DNA of 17,264 bases from Conexivisphaerales archaeon. Lineage in GTDB: Archaea > Thermoproteota > Nitrososphaeria > Conexivisphaerales > DTJL01. A program made the position numbers and the translations under genes. The stretch's first letter is position 1; each line of letters opens with the position of its first letter. Location: positions 1-17,264 of the forward strand of contig JBEKZX010000032.1 of NCBI GenBank assembly GCA_049509455.1. Reading direction: 5' to 3'. This document shows positions 14,721 to 17,264 of the stretch, one piece after another. Under the pieces are notes generated by a model, which saw nothing but the letters and a program-made list of their open reading frames with translations, made no database searches and had not been told where the DNA came from.

Positions 14721-15809
14721 TCCTCCGCAACAATACGAGTATTCACGGATCCGATACATCTCTATGAAATCGAGCCCTTTGATCGCACGTAGAATCTGAC
14801 GTGGTGGATCATAGACACCGTTCACCCCTCGGTTGATCTTTTTGGGGGGTTCGGTGTAGGTCATGCAACCCCGGGTGACTTTTTGCTCCCCTTTCCATGT
14901 GAGGGGCGGTTCGCTCTGACGTCCAAGGTAACATGGATCGTGATAGGTCACCTTTCGCCTGACAGGATTGGGCAGGCGCACACGGTCATCAGCTATCAAC
15001 TGCGCCAAGAACTCGGTGATATGCAGGACTTTGGCCTTGGGCGCCCTCGCATACTCAGGATACTTGGAACGGAAAGCTCCCAGGCACGACCCGGACAGGA
15101 CGACGACCGTCTCGATCTTCATATCGTCGAGCATATCCACCAGATGGTTTGCTGTGTTCGCAAAGACGTCTCTGTGTCCTGTCCAGTAAGCTGGCAGCCC
15201 GCAGCTCGTTTCATTCTCTCGCAGGATGCCGAAATCCACCTCTGCCTGCTTCAGAAGGATGGCGCACTTTCGGGCTACTTCTGTGGCTCCCGGGTCGCAT
15301 CGCATGCAACCCGTGAATAGGAGAATCGGCGCTTTTTGGGCCGGCAATATCTTCAATCCCAGGTCCTTTGCCCAACTTAGGCCCTGATCCTCTGTCATTC
15401 CCCCTGGATTTCCATATTCTTGAAGATTCTTTATCATGGACCGATGGGCGGGCAAAGCAAATCCTTCGTCCACAATATGCTCTCTGAGCGCCATGTTCAC
15501 TGCGTGGCGTTCCGCCTCCATGATGAATTTGCAGGAGACATCGCAGAGTCCGCATGCAGTGCAGGCGAACGTGATATCGGCAAGCGCCTGATCGACCTGG
15601 ATGCGGCCATTGACCAATGAGAGCGCCATGATGCTCTTGCCTGACCCTGAATATCCATGGAAATGGTACAAGTGGCTGGCTGGGCAGCCATCAGCATACT
15701 TTGGGTTCAGTACCGTTGGTAGCGGCACCATTTTGCACAAAGAGCATCTAATGCACTTCTGCATCTCCGGTTCCAAATCCTTGAGTCTAGACAAGGACAT
15801 GCTGTTCAC
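14721..15809 (-). pseudogene. C-terminally truncated HdrD/GlpC-like (Fe-S)-binding CCG-domain oxidoreductase
   Basis: CIRCSLC...CP and CTACGLCDVSC are ferredoxin motifs, followed by CCG-domain blocks LFTGC, SCG, VTYHDPCYLGR and YCCGG. After YCCGG (residue 363) the frame becomes unrelated read-through, so the end of the second CCG domain is missing. Confidence 0.82.
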
Positions 15810-16190
15810 TTCCTGGCTACGTGTTAAGCAACAGGATTCTGAGCTATATATGGAATGCCTGCCCGAGCAGAGGCCTTCGACAATGGCTTCAAGGCCAGGG
15901 TCGTGTCCGGAGGCAAGTGGTGGCTGATCCGAACATTGGAGGATCAGGGTACTGTGTTAGAAAGGGCGGTATTAGTACCTATTACGGGTTCAAGTCTCAT
16001 AAATAATGACATGATATATTAAGAATGGTGCGAACCTTTATCAATATACCGGCAGCATGGTTTACTAAACTTGTAATACTCCTACGTTCGTTTCATCTCA
16101 GGTCTCTTCGAGCCATTCTTTGTGCCACTTGGTGTGATAGTCTGTCTCTGGGATGATTACTCGGAGACCCTTGCTTGTCCATAGGTAATG

Positions 16191-16214
16191 TTTAAATATA
16201 ATCCATAATCCATA
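16191..16214 (+). promoter_or_regulatory. TATA box with adjacent tandem ATCCATA repeat
   Basis: TTTAAATA at 16191-16198 is followed by ATCCATA twice (16201-16207, 16208-16214) before the HTH gene start. Confidence 0.55.
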
Positions 16215-16218
16215 GACT

Positions 16219-16755
16219 GTGGAGATGGACATGGAACGGCCAGAAGGAATAGGGCAGATACTCCCGACATTCCATGGGCAGAGCGCTCAAATCCTAGCGT
16301 ACGCGGCAGCCAGAGGTATCGTGACCCCCGAGGAAATAAAAAGAGATTTGTCTATTCCCAGGTCTACTGTCTACAAGCTTCTCGCACAATTCGTCGACGA
16401 GGGGCTTGCAGTGAAGGAGAAAGATGGGAATACCAACCGGTTTAGCGTCCCAGATTTCGAGTTCATAATCAAGAACACCGCATTCATAGCCGAAATCAAG
16501 GTGACACCGAGGAACGTCTTGGCTTTCGACGCAATTGACACAAATGTGGGCAAGGCCTTCACAGAACAACGTGGTCCGGAGAAGTTCGCTAGATTCGTGG
16601 AACTCTATGGCGACTACGCAAGGGGGAATACCACGGCCCAGATCATTGCCAGAGAGCTTGGCGTGACCCGATTTGAGGTCGAGCTTCTGCTTAGTAGCAT
16701 CAAGTCAGTGAACCCCGGTGTAGTTGTACATGAACGTGCGCGTCGTCGACAGTAG
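16219..16755 (+). CDS. Winged-helix DNA-binding protein with second C-terminal HTH-like segment; putative antitoxin/regulator
   Basis: VTPEEIKRDLSIPRSTVYKLLAQFVDEGL is a TrmB/ArsR-like wHTH. TTAQIIARELGVTRFEVELLL is a second HTH-like segment. Start may be 16225 or 16231. Confidence 0.78.
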   Translation: MEMDMERPEGIGQILPTFHGQSAQILAYAAARGIVTPEEIKRDLSIPRSTVYKLLAQFVDEGLAVKEKDGNTNRFSVPDFEFIIKNTAFIAEIKVTPRNVLAFDAIDTNVGKAFTEQRGPEKFARFVELYGDYARGNTTAQIIARELGVTRFEVELLLSSIKSVNPGVVVHERARRRQ

Positions 16756-17215
16756 TCTGCTAATCGAAGCTGACTATCGCAGGAAGTTAGGTGCGCTAGC
16801 GAAGTACTTGGGTTCTGACTCTAGAGCAATCGCTCCACCTGAAGTGTACACAGAGACCGTGATCACACCAAAGGCACTCCCATACTTGGCTGCATCGGCA
16901 ACCCGTATCGAAGGGCTCTATTCCAGAGGAGTCATAACGACTCAGACTCCCGATTATACGAACAGTCGAGTCTCTAAGATCGTGGACAGAGTCAGAGGCT
17001 GTATTGCGAACAAGGCGAACAAACCGGTCCATGAAGTGGAAATAGCCGACCTTCAAATTGTGGCCTTAGCAGTCACAGCGGCTTTCAAAGGGGAAGCGGT
17101 TGAACTAATCTTTCGTGACAGAGCACTCAGGGACTGCTTGGAATCCGCTATGAAACGCAATAGGGTTTCTAGTATTGTGATGATTGACTCATCAGAACTA
17201 CTTGATCGAATCTGA
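16730..17215 (+). CDS. PIN-domain ribonuclease (VapC-like)
   Basis: Acidic residues sit in PIN spacing: VVDSSLLI, EVYTET, ADLQIVALA, FRDRAL. It overlaps the upstream gene by 26 nt from ATG 16730. Confidence 0.75.
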   Translation: MNVRVVDSSLLIEADYRRKLGALAKYLGSDSRAIAPPEVYTETVITPKALPYLAASATRIEGLYSRGVITTQTPDYTNSRVSKIVDRVRGCIANKANKPVHEVEIADLQIVALAVTAAFKGEAVELIFRDRALRDCLESAMKRNRVSSIVMIDSSELLDRI

Positions 17216-17264
17216 TGAAGTGCGTTGTTGTAAAGCGCATCAGCAGTAGCTTCGTGAGAGTCGG

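Noticed and set aside
15984-16000. ACGGGTTCAAGTCTCAT resembles a tRNA T-arm or att remnant
   Set aside because: The stem is imperfect and there is no acceptor, D or anticodon arm nearby.
534-17056. Many alternative-frame and antisense ORFs in the track (e.g. 534..833, 4430..4858, 10779..11318, 12954..13442, 14883..15320)
   Set aside because: They overlap well-supported genes and show no motifs; they are the shadow ORFs expected in GC-rich DNA.

Overview
This is an archaeal window. The TACK-like assignment (e.g. Bathyarchaeia or non-ammonia-oxidising Nitrososphaeria) is inferred from TATA-type promoters, a DUF4443-like wHTH gene and a PEF-CTERM sorting signal. The core is an 11 kb block rich in cobalamin-linked genes (1124-11936). 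It holds an ECF S-component plus a DUF4430 protein (likely B12 uptake), a full-length twin-arginine reductive dehalogenase with a small membrane-anchor gene, a nitrilase-family hydrolase, a lone CbiE-like methylase, an isochorismatase-family hydrolase, a B12-binding radical SAM enzyme, a class II ribonucleotide-reductase homolog missing one redox cysteine and the NPC asparagine, and an asparagine-synthase-like ATP pyrophosphatase with no glutaminase domain. The block is bracketed by two near-identical 5' fragments of a DEDD exonuclease gene (967-1087, 12228-12347). To its right are three copies of a hairpin element, an SRPBCC gene, a fusion junction between two truncated genes (a PEF-CTERM surface protein and an HdrD/GlpC-like Fe-S oxidoreductase), and a wHTH-PIN toxin-antitoxin-like pair. 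An HNH nuclease lies at the left. No rRNA, tRNA, CRISPR array, integrase or transposase was recognised.
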